A model generated the notes under the pieces. That model did no database searches, was not told the origin of the DNA, and saw nothing but the letters and a program-made list of their open reading frames with translations. Source: Candidatus Multivoradales bacterium (GTDB lineage Bacteria > Acidobacteriota > Thermoanaerobaculia > Multivoradales > JAHEKO01). Taken from it: a stretch of 64,000 nucleotides of DNA. The stretch covers positions 1,344,001-1,408,000 of the forward strand of contig CBDFIJ010000004.1 in the NCBI GenBank assembly GCA_965248055.1, in the 5' to 3' direction. The translations under genes and the position numbers were made by a program. Below, in pieces: positions 10,669 to 21,152 of the stretch (positions are counted from its first letter, which is position 1; each line of letters begins with the position of its first letter).

Positions 10669-11505
10669 GTGCGCGATACAGAGCAATCGCCGTTTTCCGT
10701 GACCACACGGCGAGGTCAGATTCTCCGTGGTGTAACGGACTTGCCGGTCGGCGATGAAGCTCATCCAGTCGTCGTCATCAACCACGGCTTCAAGGGTTTT
10801 CTGGAATGGGGGTTTTTCCCCCATTTGGCAGAGCTATTGGCGTCACGCGGTTTTGCCGTCATCCGCTGGAATACCTCCGGCTCCGGCATGGCCCCGGGCG
10901 ACGAGTTAGTCACCGACCCGGAAGCGTTCGCCCAAGCCACATTCAGCAAAGACGTTGACGAAATTCTGACCATCGTCGATGCGGTGCCGGAGATCTTGGG
11001 TGATCGAGCGATCGCCGACCGAATCGGCCTTTTCGGACATAGTCGCGGTGGTGGAGCCTCGGTGATCGCTGCCGCGGAGGCGACGCCAACGCCGCTGGCT
11101 CTGGTCACCTGGGCAGCCATCGCTTCGTTTGACCGCATTAGCGGCGAAGATAAAGCGCATTGGCGTGAGCGAGGATGGATCCCGGTGGTCAATGGGCGCA
11201 CCGGCCAAGAGACGCGAATCGATGTCTCAGTCTTGGAGGACCTGGAAACCAACCGAGAGCGTCTGGATATTGTCGCTGCCGCGAGACGGTTAGCCGCTCC
11301 CTGGTTGATCGTGCACGGATCCGGCGACATGACGGTCTCGATCGAAGATGGCTGGGCTCTGGAACAAGCCGGACGCAAAGCCGAGAGACTGGAGATCGAA
11401 CACGCGGGGCACACGTTCGAAGCGCGGCATCCTTTCAGCGGACCGACCCCAGCCTTGATCGAAGCGATCAACGCTACCCAGGCTTGGTTCTTGCGCTATT
11501 TGTAG
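10669..11505 (+). CDS. Alpha/beta hydrolase
   Basis: HGFKGF, GHSRGG, HGSGD and AGHTF. Confidence 0.9.
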   Translation: MRDTEQSPFSVTTRRGQILRGVTDLPVGDEAHPVVVINHGFKGFLEWGFFPHLAELLASRGFAVIRWNTSGSGMAPGDELVTDPEAFAQATFSKDVDEILTIVDAVPEILGDRAIADRIGLFGHSRGGGASVIAAAEATPTPLALVTWAAIASFDRISGEDKAHWRERGWIPVVNGRTGQETRIDVSVLEDLETNRERLDIVAAARRLAAPWLIVHGSGDMTVSIEDGWALEQAGRKAERLEIEHAGHTFEARHPFSGPTPALIEAINATQAWFLRYL

Positions 11506-11689
11506 GTCAAGCCCCAACAACGGTTCAGACGACTCGGTGGCAGCCTACTTGGGTGTCGTAGAATTACCCTAGCGTGCGTTGAACAGTTCCCCACGGTCTC
11601 ATCGAGCCAGCATGGAATAGCAGCGGGGAAAGTCTTCGTGGAGTTGTTCGGTCCGCGATCAGTCAACGGCATTATCTTGGAGCATTTCC

Positions 11690-12712
11690 ATGGATCCACA
11701 TTTTCACGGCGTTATCTTCCAACAGTCGGTCCAAGAGATTAGGCGTCGCTTGGGCCGAGAGTTTCCACCCTTGGCGATTCTCGACGTGCGTCGTCTGGCA
11801 ACCTTTATTGACCAGCACATCCCTGGATCCGTGCCGACTCCGCGCCACCTGCCGGACGAGGGCGAAGTCTTGGTGGTCGGTCGAGATGGTGCCGATGAGC
11901 GCGTGCGGGCAGCGAGCCTGGAACTACTGGCCGGTGGACGCCGGGTCACCGAATTGGCTGGCGGCTTCAAAGCTTGGATGGCGTCGCACTATCCGGTCAA
12001 GAGTGGAGCGTTTCGCGCAACCCCGCCTTCGGTATCGGAAAGCTCTGTGCAACAACCGAACGCCTCTCGCTTCTTGTTTTGGGATGTCGACACCCAAGTC
12101 GATTTCATCGACCCAGAGGGCAAGCTCTACGTAGCGGAGGCAGAGACTCTGGTCGCCAACCTAGCGACCTTGAGCGAACTGGCTGATCGACATGGAATCG
12201 CCGTCGTCGCCTCCGCCGATGACCACCAAGACTCCGACGCTGAGATCTCTTCCGACCCCAACTTCTCCACTACCTACCCACCCCACTGCATGCGCGGCAC
12301 CAGCGGCGCCCAACGGATCATGGCAACCCAGCGTCCGTGGACCACGGAACTGGGGCACGATCTGGTTTCAGCTGAACAATTGGCGAGTGCTGCAACCCAT
12401 CTTCAACCCCAGATCTTGCTGCACAAGAAACACTTCGATGTCTTCACCAACCCCAACACCGAGCCACTTCTCAAACAGCTCAACCCCTCAACCATTGTGG
12501 TCTATGGTGTGGCGTTGGACGTCTGCAATCGCGCCGCAGTCGAGGGGTTGCTGAAGCGTGGTTACAACGACCTGGTGGTGGTTACCGATGCCACCAAGCC
12601 AATCCGGGCAGAAGTTGCCAACGACTTGTTGTCCGACTGGCAACGACGCGGGGTTCGTTTGGCGACCACCGCCGAAGTGACGGCGATGTGGTCCGGCGAC
12701 GAAGAAGAGTAA
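11690..12712 (+). CDS. Rhodanese-like domain fused to a nicotinamidase/isochorismatase-family cysteine hydrolase
   Basis: LDVR...HIPGS...LAGGFKAW, then DVDTQVDF, PPHC and GVALDVC. Confidence 0.8.
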   Translation: MDPHFHGVIFQQSVQEIRRRLGREFPPLAILDVRRLATFIDQHIPGSVPTPRHLPDEGEVLVVGRDGADERVRAASLELLAGGRRVTELAGGFKAWMASHYPVKSGAFRATPPSVSESSVQQPNASRFLFWDVDTQVDFIDPEGKLYVAEAETLVANLATLSELADRHGIAVVASADDHQDSDAEISSDPNFSTTYPPHCMRGTSGAQRIMATQRPWTTELGHDLVSAEQLASAATHLQPQILLHKKHFDVFTNPNTEPLLKQLNPSTIVVYGVALDVCNRAAVEGLLKRGYNDLVVVTDATKPIRAEVANDLLSDWQRRGVRLATTAEVTAMWSGDEEE

Positions 12713-12736
12713 GAACGGCTGAGGCTGACACAGCCT

Positions 12737-13132
12737 CTATTTTTTTCTATCCAGTACGCGCTCAAAGCACTGCCGACCAATGCCATGCGCCCATTCGCTG
12801 TCGTTGCTCTCTTCGGTGGCAAAAGTAGCACATATCTCGAATTGATCGCTGCCCAGTGGGCGATACTCGAACCTCTCACCGGTCGCCGGGTCGACCCGCA
12901 GCTGCCTCCATAAGTTGTCGCCGCGTAGCGCGTCGAGAGTCGGCGCCAAGCTACCCTCTCGCTGAGCATAGGTGGTGGCAACGCGTGCGATCGACTGGAG
13001 ATCGCGCACGCGCTCCTGGTCTTGATCTCTCAGCCGTGCGTTCTGTGGTGAGCCGTGTTGCCAAAGCGCAACAACCACCACCAAACCGACCAACCCGATC
13101 AGCGCAGCGAGCAAGATCGATTGCTTGCTCAT
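12737..13132 (-). CDS. Membrane-anchored hypothetical protein (partner of DUF5671)
   Basis: N-terminal TM; RVDPATGERFEY...FEICATF; overlaps the upstream stop. Confidence 0.7.
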   Translation of the reverse strand: MSKQSILLAALIGLVGLVVVVALWQHGSPQNARLRDQDQERVRDLQSIARVATTYAQREGSLAPTLDALRGDNLWRQLRVDPATGERFEYRPLGSDQFEICATFATEESNDSEWAHGIGRQCFERVLDRKK

Positions 13133-13752
13133 GGCTCTTGCTCCACCTGGCGCATCTCACGCAGGTAGTAGAGAAACGCTCCTCCCGCCAGCACCGCAAC
13201 GGTCAGCGCTTTGAGCATGAATCGAATCGACACTTCGCCGCCCAGAAGCTTGTAAATCAGTGTCGCAACATCGCCGGTGACAAAAGCCGCAGCGATCGCC
13301 AAGGCCAAGTAGGTGAACCACTTGCGCGTCGCAGACCCCGCCAAAGCCGGGTTGTGGCGAAAGCGTCGTCCCAGAATCCGATGAACGGTGAGGAAGATCG
13401 GTAGATTGACCAGAACAATCGCGATCGGCCAGCGCAGACGCTCGGCGTGCAAGGTCTGTGACTCGGGAAACCAGCCATCGATCAAGTGCAGCATCAGATA
13501 TCCGGTATGAAACAGCACCAAACCGAGCGACAGGTAGAGCAGCAAGTAGAGGAAAGCTTCAAACGGCGAGTGCGAGCGTCGGCTGGAAGGTACCGGGATC
13601 GGAAAAACCACCTCGGACCAATCGGCTAAAGCGTCCTTGATATCGGCCTCCGCCCAGCCTGCTTGAGCTAGGGTCTCCTGGACTTCCTCCCGGGAGCGGC
13701 CTTTGTCCAGGGCTTGGTAGACGAAACGCTCTAGAGCTTCTTTGTCTTTCAT
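13129..13752 (-). CDS. DUF5671-like membrane protein
   Basis: RKWFTYLALAIAA...GDVATLIY..L.GE pattern. Confidence 0.7.
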   Translation of the reverse strand: MKDKEALERFVYQALDKGRSREEVQETLAQAGWAEADIKDALADWSEVVFPIPVPSSRRSHSPFEAFLYLLLYLSLGLVLFHTGYLMLHLIDGWFPESQTLHAERLRWPIAIVLVNLPIFLTVHRILGRRFRHNPALAGSATRKWFTYLALAIAAAFVTGDVATLIYKLLGGEVSIRFMLKALTVAVLAGGAFLYYLREMRQVEQEP

Positions 13753-15593
13753 GGTTGGCTACCTCCATCCACAGCCTGGTAGGTCACCGAGCGAAATCGA
13801 TGGGTCAAGGCATCCCTAATCTTGCTGGCAATGACCCCGTGCAGTGCTTCTTCCCAGGCTGTGTACCGGTCGTCGAATTCCCTCGCCTGGTCCAGGTCGC
13901 CGGCACTCTGAATCGCCAACACTCGCCGCAAGAATGTTTCGACGACTAACGGATATTGCTGATAGTTAATCGTCAAAGTCCCGGTCTCAGCATCAAACGA
14001 CAATGCTCCGTTCTCCAGAAAGTAGTTCCACTGCATCAACTGCATCGTTTGATATGCCTGCTCGCGCCGCGGCTGGTTGCTCTGAAGCACACGCAAGATT
14101 CCGCTCGCGTAAATACCGCGCAGAGCATCCTGGTCGTGGCGTTCCTCTGATCCCAGGATTCCCGCTGCGAACAACGACACCAGATCAGACTTCATCTCCT
14201 CATAGAGATCTGCAGCATCTTGTAACGCTACGTCGAGATCTCGACCGTCGGCGGTGCGATCAACCCCCAAGTAGTGACCCACCTCGTGCCACAGGGTGCG
14301 CTGAAAGTTCGAATCCAACAATAGATGGTCGTGGAACTCGGGCGCTACCGCTGCTTGGTAGCGATCTTGGGCCAAGCCGAACAATTCAGGGTGGGTCATG
14401 ATGTTGGAGCGCAGCAAGATGGTGCGCCCGTACTTGCGGGTATGGCCAGCGTCGTTGGGCAGGATAGTGGCGGTATTGGTGCCGCGCGCCTGCCCAAAGT
14501 CGGCAATCACCTGGTAAACCCCGACTGGAATGTCGTCACGAACTTTCTTTTGACGGTCGTAAGGCAATCGGTCTTCAATCTCTTGCAAACTGCCCAGAGT
14601 CTTGGCGACCTCGGCGCTGCGTTCCGCGTCCCGCTTCAGCAAGCTCATACTGTGAAACGCTTTGACGCCAAACAGAGCGTCGTCGTAGGTCTCGTAGCTG
14701 CCAATTTGAGCGTTCAGGTTGCCGCTGAACCGACCGGTCACCCAAGAAGCGTCACCCGCTTCGTAGTTGTTGGTCAGCAAATCCAGAGCTCGATGCCGCA
14801 GGTAGGCGGCGAACTCAGCGTCGTCTCCCTGCAGTTTGGCTGCGGCGGACCTCAGCAACTCTGAGGCTTCCAGCAACTCCTCCGCATAAGCCACGGCGTA
14901 AGGCACCGCGTAGAACCCGCCATCCGGCTCTCGTTGCGACAACGATTGTTCGAACTCCGCGTGGAGAAACCCCAATATCGGAATGTGCCCCAGAGTGGCG
15001 AGATCTTCTCGTTGTTGTTCCAGTGAGTTGCGACGCACCACCGATCGTACTGCCATCAACTCCGCCGCCAGAGACGGGTCGGCGGCGATCGCCGCATCTA
15101 TTTCTTCTCGGGTGACCCCGGACGGGTAGACGTTCTTCCCCAGCTGTTCGTCCGGAACTGCTATGAACTGCTGGCGCCGGTTATCCAAGGTCGTCGCCAC
15201 GGGCCCTTTGGCCATTCGGTAGAGCTTGGCAACGTTGGTCGCATATTGCTCTCCGTACAGCTCTCCGTATTGGAATCGCCATTGCGAACCCTCGGCCAAA
15301 CCCGCTGCGATCACTGCGCGCGCGGTCTCAGCGTGAGCATGTTTCTGATCCTCATACAGTTTCTGCATGATGCCCCCGGCACCCAGAAGATCGTCCAACG
15401 CCGCCCTTTCGCCGGTGGTCAGAGTCGAAAGGTCCGGAGCCAAATGGACGTCCAGGGTCTTGTCCAAGATCGCCTGGATATCCTCTGGCGTCATCACCTG
15501 CGGTTGCTCAGAGGCGATCGCAAAACCTGCAAGCCCTAACAAGAAAACTGTGATCCAAAGCTGGGGGTGAATTCGTCGCATTAGCTCCTCCAA
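13749..15593 (-). CDS. Secreted peptidase M49-like (dipeptidyl peptidase III-type) protein
   Basis: IGSYETYDDALFGVKA, LPND, HEVGH and EEMKSD. Confidence 0.85.
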   Translation of the reverse strand: MEELMRRIHPQLWITVFLLGLAGFAIASEQPQVMTPEDIQAILDKTLDVHLAPDLSTLTTGERAALDDLLGAGGIMQKLYEDQKHAHAETARAVIAAGLAEGSQWRFQYGELYGEQYATNVAKLYRMAKGPVATTLDNRRQQFIAVPDEQLGKNVYPSGVTREEIDAAIAADPSLAAELMAVRSVVRRNSLEQQREDLATLGHIPILGFLHAEFEQSLSQREPDGGFYAVPYAVAYAEELLEASELLRSAAAKLQGDDAEFAAYLRHRALDLLTNNYEAGDASWVTGRFSGNLNAQIGSYETYDDALFGVKAFHSMSLLKRDAERSAEVAKTLGSLQEIEDRLPYDRQKKVRDDIPVGVYQVIADFGQARGTNTATILPNDAGHTRKYGRTILLRSNIMTHPELFGLAQDRYQAAVAPEFHDHLLLDSNFQRTLWHEVGHYLGVDRTADGRDLDVALQDAADLYEEMKSDLVSLFAAGILGSEERHDQDALRGIYASGILRVLQSNQPRREQAYQTMQLMQWNYFLENGALSFDAETGTLTINYQQYPLVVETFLRRVLAIQSAGDLDQAREFDDRYTAWEEALHGVIASKIRDALTHRFRSVTYQAVDGGSQP

Positions 15594-15878
15594 ATACCTA
15601 TCCTAGCGAACTGGTCTATCCCGAGACAGACTCCACCGGGTCGCGGTGGCTTGGTGATCCAACCAAAGCGCGGCGACGGAATCTTGTCTGTCACCCACGA
15701 CATTATCCTTGGTGAAAACATCCCCGGCTACCCGAGATGCGCATTACAGACTGGCTGACTCTCGGTCCACCTGTGCAGATGCTAGTCACTCCAGATGGTG
15801 GAGCTCATTCGTCCTATCCAGGCGGATTTCGATTCCTTCCTAGCTGCCGAGAGCGTTGGTCGCCGCTACAATCCGACC

Positions 15879-17870
15879 ATGACTTTCTTCCTTCGATCTC
15901 TTTGCCTCGCCGGATTGCTCTTGGGTATCGCCAGCGCAGTTACCGGGCAAGCCGGCTCTGCGTCGCCGATTCGCTATCACGCCGACCTCTCTGACCGCGA
16001 CCATCACGAAATGAAGGTGGTGGTCCATTTCACTGACTTGCCGCCCGGGCCTCTCGAAGTCCGCATGAGCCGTACCTCGCCAGGGCGCTATGCGTTGCAT
16101 GAATTTGCCAAGAACGTCTACAACGTTTCGGCGGTCGACGGCGCTGGCAAGGAGCTCAGCATCAGCCAGCCGGATCTGCACCAATGGAACGTTACTGGAC
16201 ACGACGGTACGGTCGAATTTCGCTACACCTTATTCGGCGACCACAGCGACGGCACCTACGCCGCGATCGACGCCAGTCACGCCCATCTCAACGTTCCCGC
16301 TAGCTTTGTTTGGGCCCGTGGCTTGGAAGACCGTCCGATCGAAGTGAAGATCGAAGGCCCGGAGGACTGGCGTATAGCCAGCCAACTGTTCCAGCGCGAA
16401 GACGGGACTCTATCCGCCCCCCACCTCGCTTACTTCATCGATAGTCCAATTGAAGTCAGCGCCTTCGAGTTCTTTGACTGGACGATCGGCGAGGGAGAGG
16501 AGCAACAGACCATTGAACTGGCACTACACCACGAGGGGGAGCTCGCTGAGGCGCAAGTGATCGCGGATCTGGCCCAGTTGGTGGTCGATGAGCAGGTCGC
16601 TACGCTCGGCCAGGCCCCCCGGTTCGATCTGGGTCGATATACCTTTCTGGTGGATGCTCTGCCGTGGGCAAGCGGGGACGCGATGGAGCATCGAAACTCA
16701 ACTATCGTGTCCGCCGATGACCACATCCAACAGCGATCCGATCGCCTCACCGGCGCCATCTCGCATGAATTTTTCCACGCCTGGAATGTCGAACGCATCC
16801 GCCCGACATCCTTAGAGCCGTTTGATCTGGAACACGCCAACGTCTCCCAAGAACTGTGGTTTTCCGAAGGCTTCACCCAATATTACGGCAATCTCACGTT
16901 GGCGCGCATCGGCGTGTTGAGCCTGGAAGAGTTCGCGGAGCGGTTGAGCGCTGCCATTGACCACGTGGTCCGTTCGCCTGGCACCAAGCTGCGTTCACCG
17001 ATTGAAATGAGTACACGGGCTCCGTTTGTCGACGCTGCGACCGCCAACGAACCGACCAATCGAACCAACACCTTCGTCTCTTACTACACCTATGGCGCCG
17101 CGCTCGCTCTCGGCCTCGACTTGCAATTGCGCGCTCAGTTCGAGGCGACGACTCTGGACGACCTGATGGTGGCAGTCTGGCGAGAATTCGGCCGCTCCGA
17201 GACTTCGTTTGAAAACGATGATCTCAGGCTCGCACTGGGCGAAGTCACTGGCAGCACTTCCTTTGCCGACGACTTCTTTCAGCGCTCGGTTTACGGACAC
17301 ACGCCACCCGACTTTGAATCCCTGTTGGCAGCCGTCGGCCTACACCTCCAGGTCAAGAGCCCTGGAGAGGCGTGGCTGGGTCTGACATCGGTTAGCTTTC
17401 AGGAAGCCAATCCCGAGAACAAAGAAAGTCGCGCGGGTCTGCGCGTGATCGACGCCCCGCAAAAAGGCACCCCGGCACATCAAGCCGGGGTCGGACGAGG
17501 CGACCTATTGTTGAAACTCAACGACCAAGATCTCACTGGCGATGACGCGCTCAAGACCATTCTCGATCAACAAGAAGCGGGAGCGACGCTGACACTGGAA
17601 TTCGAAAAACGGGGCGAGACGCGAACGGCCGAAGTTACCTTGATCGAAGATCCAACCTTGGACGTGGTCAGTTTCGAAGCTGCCGACATGCCCGTCAGTA
17701 GTGAAGTGATGGTGCGTCGCAACGCGTGGCTGGCTGCCCGTGCAACGCCAAGCGTAGAACTACTCAAGTACTGCCCGACCACCGGAGAGCCCTATCCATT
17801 CCATTTCCACCATTGCCCGCTTCACGGAAAAGAACTCCAACTGACGCCTCGTACCCGAGAAAACTCATGA
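15879..17870 (+). CDS. M61 glycyl aminopeptidase with PDZ domain
   Basis: MEHRNS, HEFFHAWNV, LWFSEGFTQYY and SYYTYG. Confidence 0.92.
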   Translation: MTFFLRSLCLAGLLLGIASAVTGQAGSASPIRYHADLSDRDHHEMKVVVHFTDLPPGPLEVRMSRTSPGRYALHEFAKNVYNVSAVDGAGKELSISQPDLHQWNVTGHDGTVEFRYTLFGDHSDGTYAAIDASHAHLNVPASFVWARGLEDRPIEVKIEGPEDWRIASQLFQREDGTLSAPHLAYFIDSPIEVSAFEFFDWTIGEGEEQQTIELALHHEGELAEAQVIADLAQLVVDEQVATLGQAPRFDLGRYTFLVDALPWASGDAMEHRNSTIVSADDHIQQRSDRLTGAISHEFFHAWNVERIRPTSLEPFDLEHANVSQELWFSEGFTQYYGNLTLARIGVLSLEEFAERLSAAIDHVVRSPGTKLRSPIEMSTRAPFVDAATANEPTNRTNTFVSYYTYGAALALGLDLQLRAQFEATTLDDLMVAVWREFGRSETSFENDDLRLALGEVTGSTSFADDFFQRSVYGHTPPDFESLLAAVGLHLQVKSPGEAWLGLTSVSFQEANPENKESRAGLRVIDAPQKGTPAHQAGVGRGDLLLKLNDQDLTGDDALKTILDQQEAGATLTLEFEKRGETRTAEVTLIEDPTLDVVSFEAADMPVSSEVMVRRNAWLAARATPSVELLKYCPTTGEPYPFHFHHCPLHGKELQLTPRTRENS

Positions 17871-18271
17871 GCACCCCCCACATCCCCAGCGCCGAATTCA
17901 GCTTCAAAACCGCCCGCTCCTCCGGTCCGGGCGGCCAGAACGTCAACAAAGTGGAGACCAAGGTCACCCTGTTGTTTGACCTCGACCACTCCCCCAACCT
18001 CACCGACCAACAAAAGGAAAAGATTCGCTTGGCGATGCCCGGCAGGATTAACAAAGAGGACGTCCTACGCGTCACCTCTAGCAAGTACCGCAGCCAATCC
18101 GCCAACCGCGAAGCCGCAACCGAGCGCTTCTATGACTTGATCGGCGGGGCACTGGCACCACGGAAAAGTAGGCGCAAAACTCGACCATCACGCAAAGCCA
18201 AAAAAAAGAGACTGGAGAGTAAGAGGAAGCGGTCAGAGGTCAAGCGGCTACGCCGGAAACCAAATACCTAG
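17867..18271 (+). CDS. arfB: Alternative ribosome rescue peptidyl-tRNA hydrolase
   Basis: RSSGPGGQNVNKVETKV and basic C-terminal tail. Confidence 0.93.
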   Translation: MSTPHIPSAEFSFKTARSSGPGGQNVNKVETKVTLLFDLDHSPNLTDQQKEKIRLAMPGRINKEDVLRVTSSKYRSQSANREAATERFYDLIGGALAPRKSRRKTRPSRKAKKKRLESKRKRSEVKRLRRKPNT

Positions 18272-18313
18272 CCTCAAGAATCCGAAAAACTATGCAGGAT
18301 ATTCATCTGAAGG

Positions 18314-18727
18314 CTAAGAACGCCATTTAGTCCATCCTGCCCCACCCAGAAAACCAGCAGTGGCCGATCCAACAACTTTCACAAAATCCGCAAAATATTC
18401 ACTGTGTTGCTCAAGGATATAAACACCGAAACCTAGTATTGACAATAGCAATCCGAAGACCATCCATTTGGTTTCTCGCCGATTTGAATGCTCTTTGTCT
18501 TCAAGATCTTTGATATTTTCAAGATATATGCGAGCGTCGCCTGGCTCCATCTTGTCGAAGATTGGATGGTGATTAGTCGATCCGGTAATCGATAGAAGTT
18601 GAGTTAATTTTTTGATTATCGCTGGTTGGGCGACATCCAGTAATTCACCCTCCGCGACCTCGCTCTCTTCTTCTGCTGCAACACTGGCAATCTGTGCGTC
18701 ACCGCCACCTGCCATCTTATTGGTCAA
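18314..18727 (-). CDS. Hypothetical protein with two C-terminal TM segments (AT-richer islet)
   Basis: 137-aa ORF coupled by a 4-bp overlap to the upstream ORF. Confidence 0.6.
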   Translation of the reverse strand: MTNKMAGGGDAQIASVAAEEESEVAEGELLDVAQPAIIKKLTQLLSITGSTNHHPIFDKMEPGDARIYLENIKDLEDKEHSNRRETKWMVFGLLLSILGFGVYILEQHSEYFADFVKVVGSATAGFLGGAGWTKWRS

Positions 18728-18978
18728 AGAGGATACCTCTTAATAAACTGACTACTGCGACGTAAGTGATGCTCCATCGTAGCAGCAGCAGCAGCCCCTG
18801 CTAGCGAACGAAGGAGCCTCACCAAAACTTCATTAGGAATAGAAGCAATAATTGCTTCAAGCTCGCGTTCACTCAGGCGTCGCGTCCCTGATGGCCGTCG
18901 ATATGGAGAAATGCCGTCAAGCGTACGCTCCCTTATCGCATCTTTATGCGTGCCATTTAAGGATGAAGACATTCTCAT
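18724..18978 (-). CDS. Hypothetical protein
   Basis: 84-aa ORF with an AAGGGAG RBS-like sequence upstream. Confidence 0.4.
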   Translation of the reverse strand: MRMSSSLNGTHKDAIRERTLDGISPYRRPSGTRRLSERELEAIIASIPNEVLVRLLRSLAGAAAAATMEHHLRRSSQFIKRYPL

Positions 18979-19299
18979 TTGTGCTCCCTTTGCCGTACGA
19001 TCCTCGTACGAACAAGTGAGGGTATCACGGCCCTCAATTCGGTAACGCGGCGCTTGTAGCTTTCATTCCATTTTCACCGTAAGTCTTTTCGAGACTATTA
19101 CCTACAAGCCAAAAGATCAAATGCAAACTTCGATCCGACTATCAAAAATCCTGGTTCTCGTTTTCGTGTGCAATAGAGCAAGAAACTCCAATTTTCCGTA
19201 CGAAGAATATGGAACAGTTTTCGAAAACACACATAAATACGGGCACGAACTCATTAGATTGCTCAACCGCATTCCCAAGGTCCTCTTTCTCCGCAACTT

Positions 19300-20085
19300 T
19301 CATCGCCAATTCGGCGGTTTCTTAGTCTCCAGAAACGTGGCGATGCCGTGTTTGCAATCGTCTGTCATACGCGCTTTAGCGTTGGCGCGCTCGGCAGCGA
19401 TCAGGGCATCGTCCAGCGGTCGTCCATAGACTTCCAACAGCAATCTCTTGGTACCAGCGATGGATTCCGAACTCGCGGTGGTGAGGATCTCGTCGGCCAA
19501 TGCCCCCGCAGCGACGCGAAGATCGTCGTTCGGCACTACGCGGTTGGCCAAACCCATTTCCAGCGCTTTGTCGGCGGCGACAAACTGGGGATTGAGCAAC
19601 ATCTCGCGTAGATCTCGACCGCTGACTCGCATCGGCAAGTAGGTGGCGACCAATGCCGCGACAAAACCGATCCGTACCTCGCTGTAGAGAAAACGGGAGG
19701 ACTCTGCGGCAACGACAAAATCGTGAGCGGTGGCGAGACCACAGCCGCCAGCGACGCAAGACCCCTGTACCAGGGCGATGGTCAAGGCTTCCTGGCGCAG
19801 GACCGCCTCAAACAATCTGCGTAGCTTGCGCGAATCTCGGGCGTTGTCCTCTTCCCCAGCGTCCTTGAGCGAAGCCAAGTGCCCGAGGTCGGCGCCCGCG
19901 GAAAAATGCTTTCCCGCCCCGCTGAGCAGGATCGCCCGCACCCCATCGCTGCGCCAGTCTTTGCAGTAGATCTCCGTCAGCGCCGAGATCAGAGCGGGAG
20001 AAAGCGCGTTGGCTTTGTCTGGTTGGTTGAGAGTGACCCAAAGCAGGTCATCTTGACGTTGTGTTAGCGCAAGGTCGTTCGCCAT
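19300..20085 (-). CDS. Enoyl-CoA hydratase (methylglutaconyl-CoA hydratase-like)
   Basis: FSAGADL, AGGCGL and SEVRIG. Confidence 0.92.
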   Translation of the reverse strand: MANDLALTQRQDDLLWVTLNQPDKANALSPALISALTEIYCKDWRSDGVRAILLSGAGKHFSAGADLGHLASLKDAGEEDNARDSRKLRRLFEAVLRQEALTIALVQGSCVAGGCGLATAHDFVVAAESSRFLYSEVRIGFVAALVATYLPMRVSGRDLREMLLNPQFVAADKALEMGLANRVVPNDDLRVAAGALADEILTTASSESIAGTKRLLLEVYGRPLDDALIAAERANAKARMTDDCKHGIATFLETKKPPNWR

Positions 20086-20633
20086 GTTGTAAGCCTATCG
20101 CGGCTGGCTCTTAGGAGTGGCTCCCGGGCTCATTTTCTTGTTCAGAGAGACCCCCTGGGCCTCCGCAACTAAACGGCAGGGGATATCCAAATTGTAGGTT
20201 CGTTGCCGGGAAAACGACCGGCAACTCAAAGCATTTTAACCACCGGACTAAAGATGAGACCAGACTGACCTTCTTCGCGGTATCCTCATGGCTGGTTACC
20301 GTGGCCTCGGGGGGTTGTCGGTTTGCGTGTCAACTCTGTCCTGCCTCGGAAAAAGACCCATTGAAGAAGTGAACATAGCCTCTGACGGATCGAGCCGGGA
20401 GCATTGCACGCTCCCAAGCCTCCCGCGACAGCGAGAGCAACCGCAAATGTGGTCATCACTAGGTTCGCGTAGGGACCCGAAGGAACCCTTGCGAGGATGT
20501 CCATGAAAACCTCCATAGCCAGACCTTGCGGTCCGGAGTTACGGGCAGCCTGGCCCCAATGACGCCACCATACCGAATTGGAATAATAAAGTCCAATTTT
20601 GGCTACCCGTCTCCAGGGTGCGAGGGTCGGGCC

Positions 20634-21023
20634 ATGGGCCGCTCCACTCGTCGCCGCGAATACCGCGCCTTGGTCGCTCGTCTGAAAGCCGCTCGTTTGA
20701 AAGTTCAAATGACCCAGCAAAGCGTCGCCGATGCCTTGGGAACTACACAGGTCTTTATCTCGCGGGTTGAAAGAGCTCAACGCCGCATCGACCCGATTGA
20801 GTTGGCAGAGTTCGCCGCCATTTATCAAACCACGGTGAACGCCCTGCTGCCCGACGTCGCTCTCGGCGCCGAGCGCCGTCAGCGGATCGAAACGGTGGTG
20901 GATCTCAGCCGCGACGAGTACCAGCGGCTGTTAGCCCAAGCCGAGTCCTTGGGTCAAAGCCCAGAATCGCTGATCGCCGAAATGGTGGTCCAATACGCGC
21001 ACACGCCCGAAGATCTCGATTAG
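20634..21023 (+). CDS. XRE-family HTH regulator, copy 1
   Basis: MTQQSVADALGTTQVFISRVER...RRIDPIEL. Confidence 0.85.
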   Translation: MGRSTRRREYRALVARLKAARLKVQMTQQSVADALGTTQVFISRVERAQRRIDPIELAEFAAIYQTTVNALLPDVALGAERRQRIETVVDLSRDEYQRLLAQAESLGQSPESLIAEMVVQYAHTPEDLD

Positions 21024-21152
21024 AGAGAAAGCGGTAAGACCGGCCAGACCTCGGCTCCAGCGCTTAGAAGCGCTGCGTTAAGCAATCGAATGCGATAACC
21101 GCATAATAAGTCTCATTTGGGCTACTCCAATCTGGGATGCAAGGGTCAGTGC

